Shown here piece by piece: positions 1 to 8,695 of a DNA stretch of 40,346 bases. The DNA is from an uncultured Flavisolibacter sp. (GTDB taxonomy: Bacteria > Bacteroidota > Bacteroidia > Chitinophagales > Chitinophagaceae): positions 3,905 through 44,250 of the forward strand of contig CAYWSQ010000003.1 of assembly GCA_964460925.1 (NCBI GenBank). The letters are read 5' to 3'. The position numbers and the translations under genes were made by a program. The notes under the pieces were generated by a model that was not told the origin of the DNA, did not search any database, and saw nothing but the letters and a program-made list of their open reading frames with translations. Each line of letters opens with the position of its first letter. The first letter of the stretch is position 1.

Positions 1-165
1 TGAATTTGAGAAGATTGGTGTAGAAACGAAAAGGTCGCCTTCGCTAAAGCTACGGTATCAACGCTGTTATTGAAGGAAGAAGGCGGACTGCGTCCGCCGA
101 AGGTCGCCGGTGAATTTGAGAAGATTGGTGTAGAAACGAAAAGGTCGCCTTCGCTAAAGCTACGG
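1..165. repeat. 55-bp exact direct repeat (1-55 = 111-165, period 110) downstream of tRNA-Ser
   Basis: TGAATTTGAGAAGATTGGTGTAGAAACGAAAAGGTCGCCTTCGCTAAAGCTACGG occurs twice; the spacer holds the hairpin GGCGGAC-TGC-GTCCGCC. The first copy may extend beyond the window edge. Confidence 0.9.
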
Positions 166-170
166 CGACC
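133..170 (-). terminator. REP-like hairpin, probable tRNA-Ser terminator
   Basis: Minus strand reads GGTCGCC-GTAGCTTTAGCGAA-GGCGACC followed by TTTTCGTTTC, 5 nt after the tRNA 3' end. Confidence 0.65.
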
Positions 171-175
171 GGAGG

Positions 176-263
176 CGGAGACTGAGGGATTCGAACCCTC
201 GATACCCTTTAGAGGTATACACACTTTCCAGGCGTGCTCCTTCAACCACTCGGACAAGTCTCC
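176..263 (-). tRNA. tRNA-Ser (anticodon GGA), CCA not encoded
   Basis: Reverse complement GGAGACTTGTCCGAGTGGTTGAAGGAGCACGCCTGGAAAGTGTG...GGGTTCGAATCCCTCAGTCTCCG has acceptor stem GGAGACT/AGTCTCC, anticodon loop CTGGAAA, a long variable arm and a TTCGAAT T-loop. Confidence 0.97.
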
Positions 264-334
264 AAAATTACCGGCTGGTGTCGATCCAATTCTATCATAC
301 CACTGCCGGAGGGCTGCAAATGTACGTTTTGCCG

Positions 335-1093
335 CTATAGTTTGAATAAGTTTCGCGCATTTCTTGATGTTAATTCTGCTACCTCATCAAAACTCCGCCC
401 ACTGAGCTGCGCCAGTTTTTCCGCCACAAGCCTTGTATAAGCAGGTTCATTTCTTTTGCCACGGTATGGCACTGGCGCCAGGTAGGGCGCATCTGTTTCA
501 AGGATCACTGAGTCCAGACCCAATTCTTCCATCACCTTATCCAGGCCTGCATTCTTGAAAGTAACCACGCCCCCAATGCCCAGCATCAGCCCCAGCCCTT
601 TTATCTTTTGCGCCTGGTATACATCGCCTGAAAAGCAATGAAACACGCCCCTGATCCCTTTATACTGCCCGATCACATCAATGCATTCATCCACAGCGTT
701 CCTAGAATGGATCACCACCGGCAGGTCAGATTCCAAAGCCAGCCTGCACTGCGCATGAAAGGCCTCATATTGCTGCTGAACAAAAGTTTTATCCCAGTAA
801 AAATCCAGCCCGATCTCTCCAATAGCAATAAATCTTCTTTGTTCGAGATAGGCCCTGATTATTTCCAGCTCCTGCTGGTAGCCAGGAGTAACCGAACAGG
901 GATGAAGTCCCATCATGGCATGGCAACCTTCAAAAGAAGCTTCCACTTCCAGCATCTTCTTATGCGTGGAGCTGTCAATAGCCGGGAGATAAAAAGCAAC
1001 AATTCCCGCTTCACGGGCACGATTCATCATGGTGTCGCGGTCATCATCGAATTCTGGCAAATAAATATGCGTATGGGTGTCGACCAGGGTCAT
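335..1093 (-). CDS. tatD: TatD family hydrolase/nuclease
   Basis: DTHTH, IGEIGLDFYW, IHSR, HCFSG and LETDAPYLAP motifs. Confidence 0.95.
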   Translation of the reverse strand: MTLVDTHTHIYLPEFDDDRDTMMNRAREAGIVAFYLPAIDSSTHKKMLEVEASFEGCHAMMGLHPCSVTPGYQQELEIIRAYLEQRRFIAIGEIGLDFYWDKTFVQQQYEAFHAQCRLALESDLPVVIHSRNAVDECIDVIGQYKGIRGVFHCFSGDVYQAQKIKGLGLMLGIGGVVTFKNAGLDKVMEELGLDSVILETDAPYLAPVPYRGKRNEPAYTRLVAEKLAQLSGRSFDEVAELTSRNARNLFKL

Positions 1094-1424
1094 TTTCTTG
1101 ATATGGATACGGGCAAAGCTGGTGAATTATTTAACACCCATTCAGGAGCGGCCCGGACCAGAGGGTATCAACCAATGGAGCAAGGACGGAAAGAACCCGG
1201 ATTCACCTATTGTGCTGGCTATCAGTGCCCATAGCTCCTGGATTTTGCGCCTTATTTTAAGGAAGCCAGTGGAAGAATAGCCCGTTTTGAGGGCAGTCCC
1301 GCATGGGTTTTGGAGGGAATACTTTTATCAATGGTGTAACATATAAAGCACGCTGGAGAGGACTAAAAAACAGGTAAAAATTAATTTGAATTTTATATTC
1401 CAAAAAAGTTTTTACCTTTAAACC

Positions 1425-1484
1425 AGTTTTCATAGGGTACGGATTAAAAACGGGCCAGGGTTTCTACCCAGGCCCTAATTATTT
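1425..1484 (+). ncRNA. candidate small RNA (anti-start-codon seed plus hairpin)
   Basis: TAccTTTA (-7-like) at 1413-1420 and TTTG at 1385-1388, then GTTTTCATAGGGTACGGATT and hairpin GGGCC-A-GGG/TTTCTA/CCC-A-GGCCC (1452-1475). Seed is complementary to several leaders in the window. Transcription is inferred, not shown. Confidence 0.45.
1446..1475 (-). terminator. intrinsic terminator of the deacetylase gene (possibly bidirectional)
   Basis: GC-rich stem followed on the minus strand by GTTTTT, about 26 nt past the stop codon. Confidence 0.65.
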
Positions 1485-1501
1485 AAAGCCCTTATTCTTC
1501 T

Positions 1502-2137
1502 TCAGAATATTTCCAGTTTCTCAGACCTCAGCTTATTTTTTTCCAGGTATTCCAGCGTTGCCGGGAGTGCATATTTCAAATTCGGAAAAGCTTTTTCACT
1601 GTCATGAAATACTATGATGGATCCGGGCCGGATATGGTTGGTTACATTGTAAAAACAACCCTGTGGTGAGATGCCGGCATCAAAATCTCCACTCAGTACA
1701 TCCCACATAATGATCCTCGCGTTTTCTTTTCCCATGGCCGCAGGTATCTGCCTGGCCTGGCTCTGCCTGATCCTTCCATAAGGGGGGCGGAATAAGATTG
1801 AATCCACCAGCGGAACTGTTTTCCTTACATCTTCAAGATATTCCGCATCTTTCGTGAGCCAGCCATTCTTATGCTGATAGGTATGATTCCCCACCGCATG
1901 GCCCTGCTGCAGTATACTATCATATACTTCCGGATGCTGGAGCACATTCTTCCCAATGCAAAAAAAACTTGCCTTCATGTCAAACCTTCGCAGCTCCTCC
2001 ATAACCCAGGGTGTGATCTCCGGATGAGGCCCATCGTCAAAACTCAGGTACACCGCATCACTGCCGCTGATATCCCATACATAACCGGGATAAAGTTTTT
2101 TGAGAAGCCATGGAGTTTTCACCAAATATTTACGCAT
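1502..2137 (-). CDS. polysaccharide deacetylase (CE4/NodB family)
   Basis: LSFDDGP, GNHTYQH, FRPPYG and IIVFHD motifs. Start moved to MRKYLVK (2137) because the upstream extension overlaps gltX. Confidence 0.92.
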   Translation of the reverse strand: MRKYLVKTPWLLKKLYPGYVWDISGSDAVYLSFDDGPHPEITPWVMEELRRFDMKASFFCIGKNVLQHPEVYDSILQQGHAVGNHTYQHKNGWLTKDAEYLEDVRKTVPLVDSILFRPPYGRIRQSQARQIPAAMGKENARIIMWDVLSGDFDAGISPQGCFYNVTNHIRPGSIIVFHDSEKAFPNLKYALPATLEYLEKNKLRSEKLEIF

Positions 2138-2181
2138 GCAGGTGTAAGTATTGAAAATTAAAAGTACGAAGGAGATCACCT

Positions 2182-2189
2182 TACTTTTG
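2182..2189 (+). promoter_or_regulatory. Bacteroidota -7 promoter element for gltX
   Basis: TACTTTTG matches TAnnTTTG, 4 nt before the ATG. Confidence 0.7.
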
Positions 2190-2193
2190 CAGC

Positions 2194-3726
2194 ATGCAAG
2201 GAAAAGTAAGAGTAAGGTTCGCACCCAGTCCCACAGGAGGATTGCACCTGGGTGGCGTGCGCACGGTTCTGTACAATTACCTGTTCGCGAAAAAACATGG
2301 CGGTGATTTTATATTGAGGATAGAAGACACAGACCAGAGCCGTTTTGTACCAGGAGCCGAGGAATATATTTTTGATACACTTGAATGGTGCGGGCTGGTA
2401 CCTGATGAAAGTACAAAGCATGGTGGTGCTTATGGTCCTTACCGCCAAAGCGAAAGAAAAGAACAATACCGCCTTTATGCGGAAGAACTGGTAGAAAAAG
2501 GATATGCATATTATGCTTTTGATACTGCTGCTGAATTGGATGCCATGCGCATGCGTTTGAAAACAGAAACCAATCCCAATCCGCAGTATGATGCCGGAGT
2601 AAGAATGCAGATGCGCAATTCACTTTCGCTGGATGAAGCAGAAACAAAAAAATTACTGGAAGCGCAGACACCTCATGTAATCCGCATCAGGATGCCTGAA
2701 TCAGGAACGGTAAGTTTTACCGATATGATCAGGGGAGAGGTGAGTTTTGATACCGGTGTGGTTGATGATAAGGTTTTATTAAAAGCTGACGGCATGCCCA
2801 CTTATCATCTTGCCGTAGTAGTGGATGATCACCTGATGAAGATCACACATGCCTTCAGGGGTGAGGAATGGCTGCCCAGTGCACCGGTACATGTATTGTT
2901 GTGGCGTTATTTGTTTGGAGAAGAACAGATGCCACAGTGGGCGCATCTGCCATTGATACTGGGACCCAGCGGGAAACTCAGCAAACGTGATGGCGCCAAA
3001 TACGGTTTTCCTGTTTTTGCCATGAGTTGGACAGACCCAAAATCCGGTGAACTGACAGAAGGTTTCCGGGAAAGAGGATTTTTACCCGAAGCATTCGTGA
3101 ACCTCCTTGCCATGCTGGGCTGGAACGATGGAACAGAAAAAGAGATCTACAGTCTTGAAGAACTGGTGCAGGCTTTCACCATTGAAAAAGTGCACAAAGG
3201 CGGGGCGAAATTTGATTTTGAAAAAGCCAAATGGTTCAACCATGAATGGATCAAAAGAGCTGATGTGCAGTCTTACCAGCAACAGGTAAAAGAAATTTTC
3301 CACGCCAGGGGATTGAATATTTCGAATGATCACTATTTTGAAAAAGTGCTGCAACTGGTGAAGGACCGCTGCACGGTGCTAACTGATTTTTATGAGCATG
3401 GTTCTTTCTTTTTCAAAAGCCCTTCCGAATATGATACCATTCCCATTAAGGCTAAATGGAATGCCGGGAAGTATGAATTTTTCAGGGAATATGCACGGTC
3501 GTTAGCCAGCATCAGTGGTTGGGATGCAGCTACCCTTGAAATGTTTTTCAAGCAACAGGCAGAAACGGCAGGCATTAAACCCGGGGAATTGCAGTTACCG
3601 CTGCGCATCATGCTGGTAGGAGGTAAATTTGGTCCGCCGGTTTTCGAGATCGCTGAAACACTGGGCAAAGATGAAACCATTAACAGGATCGATAACGCAG
3701 TGGAGAGTTTTGGAGAAAGGATGTGA
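2194..3726 (+). CDS. gltX: glutamate--tRNA ligase
   Basis: RVRFAPSPTGGLHLGG (HIGH-like), RIEDTDQSR, YHLAVVVDD and KLSKR motifs. Confidence 0.97.
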   Translation: MQGKVRVRFAPSPTGGLHLGGVRTVLYNYLFAKKHGGDFILRIEDTDQSRFVPGAEEYIFDTLEWCGLVPDESTKHGGAYGPYRQSERKEQYRLYAEELVEKGYAYYAFDTAAELDAMRMRLKTETNPNPQYDAGVRMQMRNSLSLDEAETKKLLEAQTPHVIRIRMPESGTVSFTDMIRGEVSFDTGVVDDKVLLKADGMPTYHLAVVVDDHLMKITHAFRGEEWLPSAPVHVLLWRYLFGEEQMPQWAHLPLILGPSGKLSKRDGAKYGFPVFAMSWTDPKSGELTEGFRERGFLPEAFVNLLAMLGWNDGTEKEIYSLEELVQAFTIEKVHKGGAKFDFEKAKWFNHEWIKRADVQSYQQQVKEIFHARGLNISNDHYFEKVLQLVKDRCTVLTDFYEHGSFFFKSPSEYDTIPIKAKWNAGKYEFFREYARSLASISGWDAATLEMFFKQQAETAGIKPGELQLPLRIMLVGGKFGPPVFEIAETLGKDETINRIDNAVESFGERM

Positions 3727-3732
3727 TAATAC

Positions 3733-3771
3733 CAGCTACTAGCAACTAGCTGCTAGAAGCTAGTAGCTAGC
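3733..3771. repeat. 7-nt AGCTACT-type tandem repeat forming a hairpin
   Basis: AGCTACT AGCAACT AGCTGCT AGAAGCT AGTAGCT; AGCTACTAGC/GCTAGTAGCT is a 10-bp inverted repeat. Confidence 0.8.
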
Positions 3772-3787
3772 AATTCAACTCATATTT

Positions 3788-4204
3788 ATGCAAAAAACAA
3801 ATCGTCCCATACGTGTTTTAGTTGCCAAGGTAGGCCTCGACGGTCATGACCGAGGAGCCAGGGTGATCGCTACTGCCATGCGTGACGCGGGCATGGAAGT
3901 GATCTATACAGGATTGAGGCAAACACCGGAAATGGTGGTGCAGGCAGCCCTGCAGGAGGATGTGGATGCTATTGGAATCAGTATTCTTTCCGGCGCACAC
4001 ATGACCGTGTTTCCAAAAGTGCTGGCACTGATGAAGGAAAAAGGAATGGATGATGTACTGCTAACAGGCGGAGGCATCATACCTGAAGAAGATATGAAAC
4101 AACTGCAGCAGCAGGGCGCGGGAAAATTATTCGCGCCTGGCACACCTACGGGAGAGATCGCGGCCTACATCCGCGAGTGGGTTCAAAGCCACCGCAACTT
4201 CTGA
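3788..4204 (+). CDS. stand-alone cobalamin-binding domain (methylmalonyl-CoA mutase C-terminal subunit type)
   Basis: [10 protein letters not shown] (DxHxxG), SILSGAH and GGGIIP motifs. Confidence 0.93.
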   Translation: MQKTNRPIRVLVAKVGLDGHDRGARVIATAMRDAGMEVIYTGLRQTPEMVVQAALQEDVDAIGISILSGAHMTVFPKVLALMKEKGMDDVLLTGGGIIPEEDMKQLQQQGAGKLFAPGTPTGEIAAYIREWVQSHRNF

Positions 4205-5395
4205 TCACTTTAGAAATGCACCCAGGTTATAAATAAATCCCTGTGCATACTGCGATGGATGACTCCAGTTCTGCCCCATCCTCACGATCACAAGATTTTT
4301 GGCAGGGTTCACATAAATATACTGTCCCAGTATGCCTTCCGCATGATAAGCACCGGATGGATACTGAACAAGGTAATAGGGAGGCCTGTTTTGCGGCTCC
4401 ATGGGACGCACCTGTGACTGCGGATGAAGCGCGGCGAATTCCTTTGCTTTTTCATAATCGGTGAAACTGGTGCGGTTCACATCAGACCACCACTGGTTCT
4501 TATAGTTTCCGTTCATTCTCAATGTATCGGGATGAACACTGTTTCTTATCCATGATGAAGGCACTACCTGCTTTCCCTGCCAGAGTCCATTCTTCAAATA
4601 AAGCATTCCGAATTTGGCGAAATCCCTGGCTGCGGCATTGATACAGCAAAAGGCACGAACCATGTCTTTCTTATCATCATTCCAGCTTGCCATATATTCC
4701 ATACCCAGCGGCGCCCAGAGTTTTTCCATGGCATAATCCTGCAATGAACGTCCCGTTGCTTTTTCAATCACCATGGCAAGCAATTGTGTATTCACACTGC
4801 GGTAGTCGAAGGTGCCAGGTGCATCTTCCAGTTTTGTTTTTAAAGGGGTGCGTGACACATTGCGGGCGAATCCCATCCTGAGTACATCGCTGAAAGGATT
4901 GCTGTAATTCTCATTGCTCTTTACGCCGCTGCGCATGTCGAGCAAGTGCTGAACCGTTACCTTATTATAATCCCCGTCAACCCCGCGTAATGAAGGCAGG
5001 TAGGCTGTTACGGGATCGTTCACATTTTTGATATATCCTTCATCAATAGCAATGCCGGTGAGTGCACTCACAAAAGATTTGGCCACTGAAAAAGAAGGAA
5101 GTTTGGACGAATCAGTTACCGTTCCGAAATATCTTTCGTAAATGATGGAATCATTCTGTACCACGAGGAATGCATAGGTCCGCGAACCCTGCAGGTTGCT
5201 GTCGAGGTAAGCAGCCAGGGAGGCATGATTTGCGGTATTATAAGCAAATACAAATGGTGTGTCCGAAGGTTTGAGCGCTATGGCATCCATTTTTTCGAGG
5301 TCCTTAAGGTTGAACTGGCGGTATTTATAGGCACGTACCACATAACAGGATTGCAAAATGAACACTGCTAGCAGGGCGATGGATAACCGTATCAT
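4205..5395 (-). CDS. serine hydrolase, beta-lactamase/AmpC-like family lipoprotein
   Basis: SVAK (SxxK), FDYRS, GILGQYIYVNP and lipobox LQSC. Confidence 0.88.
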   Translation of the reverse strand: MIRLSIALLAVFILQSCYVVRAYKYRQFNLKDLEKMDAIALKPSDTPFVFAYNTANHASLAAYLDSNLQGSRTYAFLVVQNDSIIYERYFGTVTDSSKLPSFSVAKSFVSALTGIAIDEGYIKNVNDPVTAYLPSLRGVDGDYNKVTVQHLLDMRSGVKSNENYSNPFSDVLRMGFARNVSRTPLKTKLEDAPGTFDYRSVNTQLLAMVIEKATGRSLQDYAMEKLWAPLGMEYMASWNDDKKDMVRAFCCINAAARDFAKFGMLYLKNGLWQGKQVVPSSWIRNSVHPDTLRMNGNYKNQWWSDVNRTSFTDYEKAKEFAALHPQSQVRPMEPQNRPPYYLVQYPSGAYHAEGILGQYIYVNPAKNLVIVRMGQNWSHPSQYAQGFIYNLGAFLK

Positions 5396-5448
5396 AAAGG
5401 GAAAATACTGAAATCAGTTTAATGATACATTTGCAAAAACTATTTCCC

Positions 5449-6219
5449 ATGTATCAGACCCTGCTCACCCAACTGGAGAACGGAATTTTTACCATCACTA
5501 TCAACAGGCCGGATAAACTGAATGCACTCAACCGTGATGTGATAGAGGAACTGGGAAAAGCAGCCAAAGAAGTTGAGGAAATCAAAGAGATCAAAGGTGT
5601 TATTCTTACCGGGGCCGGCCAGAAAGCTTTTGTAGCAGGCGCGGATATTTCGGAATTCACAGGGCTTTCGGTTTCCGAAGGAAGAGCGCTGGCCAAAAAA
5701 GGGCAGGATATATTTTTTCAATTTGAAAATTGCAGCAAACCTGTGATAGCAGCCGTGAATGGTTTTGCACTGGGAGGCGGATGCGAACTGGCTATGGCCT
5801 GTCATTTCAGGATCGCCAGTGAACAGGCGAAGTTTGGCCAGCCTGAAGTGAACCTGGGACTGATCCCCGGTTATGGCGGCACACAAAGGCTGGTGCAACT
5901 AATAGGTAAAGGAAGAGCAATGGAGTTGCTGATGACTGGGAATATGATCGATGCAAAAACTGCACACCAGTACGGACTCGTGAACCATGTAGTGAGTGCT
6001 GAAGAACTTTTACCAAAAGCAAAACAATTGCTGGAGCTGATCACCTCAAAGGCCCCGCTGGCCATCAGTCATTGCATCAGCGCTGCCAATGCAGCCTATA
6101 CTTCTTCAGGTTATGAAAAAGAACTGGATGGTTTTGGCAAATGTTTTGGAACAGAAGATATGAAAGAAGGAACGAGAGCTTTTTTGGAGAAAAGGAAACC
6201 GGTTTTTACTGGCCAATAG
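5449..6219 (+). CDS. enoyl-CoA hydratase/crotonase family protein
   Basis: FVAGADI, ALGGGCE and PEVNLGLIPGYGGTQRL motifs. Start set at 5449 because TACATTTG (5426-5433) lies inside the longer ORF. Confidence 0.93.
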   Translation: MYQTLLTQLENGIFTITINRPDKLNALNRDVIEELGKAAKEVEEIKEIKGVILTGAGQKAFVAGADISEFTGLSVSEGRALAKKGQDIFFQFENCSKPVIAAVNGFALGGGCELAMACHFRIASEQAKFGQPEVNLGLIPGYGGTQRLVQLIGKGRAMELLMTGNMIDAKTAHQYGLVNHVVSAEELLPKAKQLLELITSKAPLAISHCISAANAAYTSSGYEKELDGFGKCFGTEDMKEGTRAFLEKRKPVFTGQ

Positions 6220-6229
6220 CCATTGGCCT

Positions 6230-6874
6230 TTAGCCATTTTGCGGAAAGATCCGGATGGCCTTAATGAACCTTCCCATATAATAGCGGCTCAGCGGCGTGA
6301 TGGTAACACCATAGGCTTTGCCGGATGTGGAATGAATAAAATTGACCACGCCTTTTTCCTGGTTCACTACCAGGCCCATATGTCCCACAAATTTTTCTGT
6401 GCTGTCCGTGCCGGTAAACAATACAATATCGCCGGGCTTCACTGTTTCAAGCGGAATAGGTTTTCCCACCTCAGTGAAATCGATCGATGACCTGGGTACG
6501 ATGATACCGAAATGATTGAAGACATAAGTGATGAAACCGGAACAGTCGAAACCCTGGCGGGGATCTGTTGAAGCATATTTATAGGGAACACCAACCAGGG
6601 TTTTGGCATAATCGATCAGTTGTTGCGGCAGCACATTTTTGGTGTCGATCTGTTTGCCGGTAAAAAATTCCGAGATAGTTGAATCTGCAGTAAGGCTGTC
6701 TGCCGGCACTGCGCTTTTGTTTAATGAATCTGCATACAGCGAATCCATATAGGCCTTTGCCTGCAGGGAATCCTTTGAGCTGATCTCGATGGGGTTCTTA
6801 TCCTCGATCACATAAACGCAGGCTGAAAATGCCATGCTCAATACCAGTAAGAATGCCAACCTGTTTTTAGTCAT
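6230..6874 (-). CDS. NlpC/P60 (C40) peptidase lipoprotein
   Basis: GFDCSGF, GHMG, FIHS and lipobox FSAC. Confidence 0.92.
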   Translation of the reverse strand: MTKNRLAFLLVLSMAFSACVYVIEDKNPIEISSKDSLQAKAYMDSLYADSLNKSAVPADSLTADSTISEFFTGKQIDTKNVLPQQLIDYAKTLVGVPYKYASTDPRQGFDCSGFITYVFNHFGIIVPRSSIDFTEVGKPIPLETVKPGDIVLFTGTDSTEKFVGHMGLVVNQEKGVVNFIHSTSGKAYGVTITPLSRYYMGRFIKAIRIFPQNG

Positions 6875-6924
6875 ACTCTATCGGTACAATTTTCGGGCTA
6901 AATTTGCGGCTCAATCTTACCTAT

Positions 6925-8322
6925 ATGCCAGAATTCCGCATCGAGAAAGATACCATGGGCGAAGTGAAAGTACCTGTGGACGCCTATTATGGCGCTCAGA
7001 CCCAGCGCAGTATCGATAATTTCAGGATTGCCCAGGACATCAACCGCATGCCAAAGGAAATCATCAAGGCCTTTGCCTACCTGAAAAAAGCCGCCGCTAT
7101 CACCAACCTGGAAGCGGGTGTGCTGGCCAAAGAAAAATCTGATCTGATCGGAAGGGTTTGTGATGAGATCATTGATGGAAAGCTCGATGAATTTTTTCCC
7201 CTTGTTGTGTGGCAAACCGGGAGCGGCACCCAGAGCAATATGAATGTAAACGAAGTGATTGCCTACCGGGGTCATGTATTAAACGGGGGCAAGCTGGCCG
7301 ATAAAGAAAAAGCATTGCATCCCAATGATGATGTCAACAAATCTCAATCATCCAACGATACCTTCCCTACCGCCATGCATATTGCCGCCTACAAAATGCT
7401 GGTTGAAGTAACCATACCTGGAATAGAAAAACTGAGAGATACACTGGCGGAGAAAGCAAAAGCTTTTGATAATGTGGTGAAGATCGGCCGCACGCATTTT
7501 ATGGATGCCACCCCGCTTACACTGGGACAGGAATTCAGTGGTTATGTATCACAACTCAATCATGGATTGAAAGCAATCAAAAATACACTTCCGCACCTGG
7601 CTGAACTGGCACTAGGTGGAACAGCAGTGGGTACCGGCATCAATACACCTGAGGGTTATTCTGAAAATGTTGCAAGGCATATTGCCAGTCTTACAGGACT
7701 TCCTTTCATAACCGCGGAAAATAAATTTGAAGCACTGGCCGCCCATGATGCGATCGTAGAATCGCATGGTGCCTTGAAAACAATTGCGGTGAGCCTGATG
7801 AAGATCGCCAACGATATCCGCATGCTCAGCTCCGGACCACGGGCAGGCATAGGCGAAATTTTCATTCCTGATAATGAACCCGGTTCTTCCATCATGCCAG
7901 GCAAGGTGAATCCTACCCAATGCGAGGCTCTTACCATGATCGCGGCGCAGGTGATGGGCAATGATGTTTCCATCAATATCGGAGGATCTATGGGACATTT
8001 TGAACTGAATGTTTTCAAACCCGTCATGATCTATAATTTCCTGCACAGTGCGAGACTGATTGGTGATGGTTGCGTGAGTTTCAATGACCGTTGCGCTACA
8101 GGCATAGAACCCATTGAGGCCAATATCAGGAAGCATGTAAATAATTCACTCATGCTGGTAACAGCGCTCAATACCAAGATCGGCTATTACAAAGCCGCTG
8201 AAATTGCACAAAAAGCACATAAGGAAGGCACAACTCTTAAAGAAATGTCAGTGAAACTGGGATATGTGACCCCTGAAGAATTTGACCAGTGGGTGGATCC
8301 GGCGAAGATGGTGGGAAAGTAA
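6925..8322 (+). CDS. fumC: class II fumarate hydratase
   Basis: [23 protein letters not shown] and [11 protein letters not shown] motifs. Promoter TAAATTTG at 6899-6906 supports the ATG at 6925. Confidence 0.97.
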   Translation: MPEFRIEKDTMGEVKVPVDAYYGAQTQRSIDNFRIAQDINRMPKEIIKAFAYLKKAAAITNLEAGVLAKEKSDLIGRVCDEIIDGKLDEFFPLVVWQTGSGTQSNMNVNEVIAYRGHVLNGGKLADKEKALHPNDDVNKSQSSNDTFPTAMHIAAYKMLVEVTIPGIEKLRDTLAEKAKAFDNVVKIGRTHFMDATPLTLGQEFSGYVSQLNHGLKAIKNTLPHLAELALGGTAVGTGINTPEGYSENVARHIASLTGLPFITAENKFEALAAHDAIVESHGALKTIAVSLMKIANDIRMLSSGPRAGIGEIFIPDNEPGSSIMPGKVNPTQCEALTMIAAQVMGNDVSINIGGSMGHFELNVFKPVMIYNFLHSARLIGDGCVSFNDRCATGIEPIEANIRKHVNNSLMLVTALNTKIGYYKAAEIAQKAHKEGTTLKEMSVKLGYVTPEEFDQWVDPAKMVGK

Positions 8323-8328
8323 CGAATT

Positions 8329-8412
8329 GAGCTGTGAGCTGTGAGCTACGAGCTACGAGCTGCGAGCTACGAGATGAGAGGTCTCGTAGCCAGTAGCCCA
8401 TAACTCGCAGCT
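8329..8412. repeat. 7-nt GAGCT(A/G)(C/T) tandem array with inverted degenerate arm
   Basis: Six units at 8329-8370, perfect stem GCTACGAGA/TCTCGTAGC, then degenerate inverted units. Confidence 0.85.
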
Positions 8413-8494
8413 TCCCTCTTGCATTTCACCAATACATTCTCTAATTTAACAATGCATAGATAAACGTTTCCGTTACCCTAAACTCCAACCTGGT

Positions 8495-8695
8495 ATGAAA
8501 GATAGATCCCAGTCCGCCATCCAGTACAGCGGATACCCGCTGTCGGTGATCGAAAACAAAACTCCTGTCATCAAATCTGCTGTTGTGCGTATGCCGGTAA
8601 CACAAACGCATACGCAAACCACATTCATTCAAAAAAACCAGATCTCCAATGATCCCCGCAACTGGGATGTGAACTGGTTTGGTTCCTATGAATGA
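8495..8695 (+). CDS. small hypothetical protein (66 aa, C-terminus WDVNWFGSYE)
   Basis: ATG ORF filling the intergenic gap, with a leader resembling the T9SS gene leaders. No family recognised. Confidence 0.55.
   Translation: MKDRSQSAIQYSGYPLSVIENKTPVIKSAVVRMPVTQTHTQTTFIQKNQISNDPRNWDVNWFGSYE

Noticed and set aside
1-170. CRISPR array
   Set aside because: Only two 55-bp copies with one 55-bp spacer, no cas genes, and the repeat includes the tRNA terminator hairpin.
70-345. 91-aa ORF
   Set aside because: Runs antisense across tRNA-Ser and the repeat; spurious.
638-1234. 198-aa + strand ORF
   Set aside because: Antisense shadow of tatD with no recognisable motifs. The same applies to most short ORFs nested in or opposite the called genes.
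3727-3787. Cobalamin riboswitch upstream of the B12-binding gene
   Set aside because: Only ~60 bp, occupied by heptamer repeats, with no B12-box.
4205-5395. True beta-lactamase resistance gene
   Set aside because: Has SxxK but resembles the broad serine hydrolase family; lactamase activity cannot be inferred.
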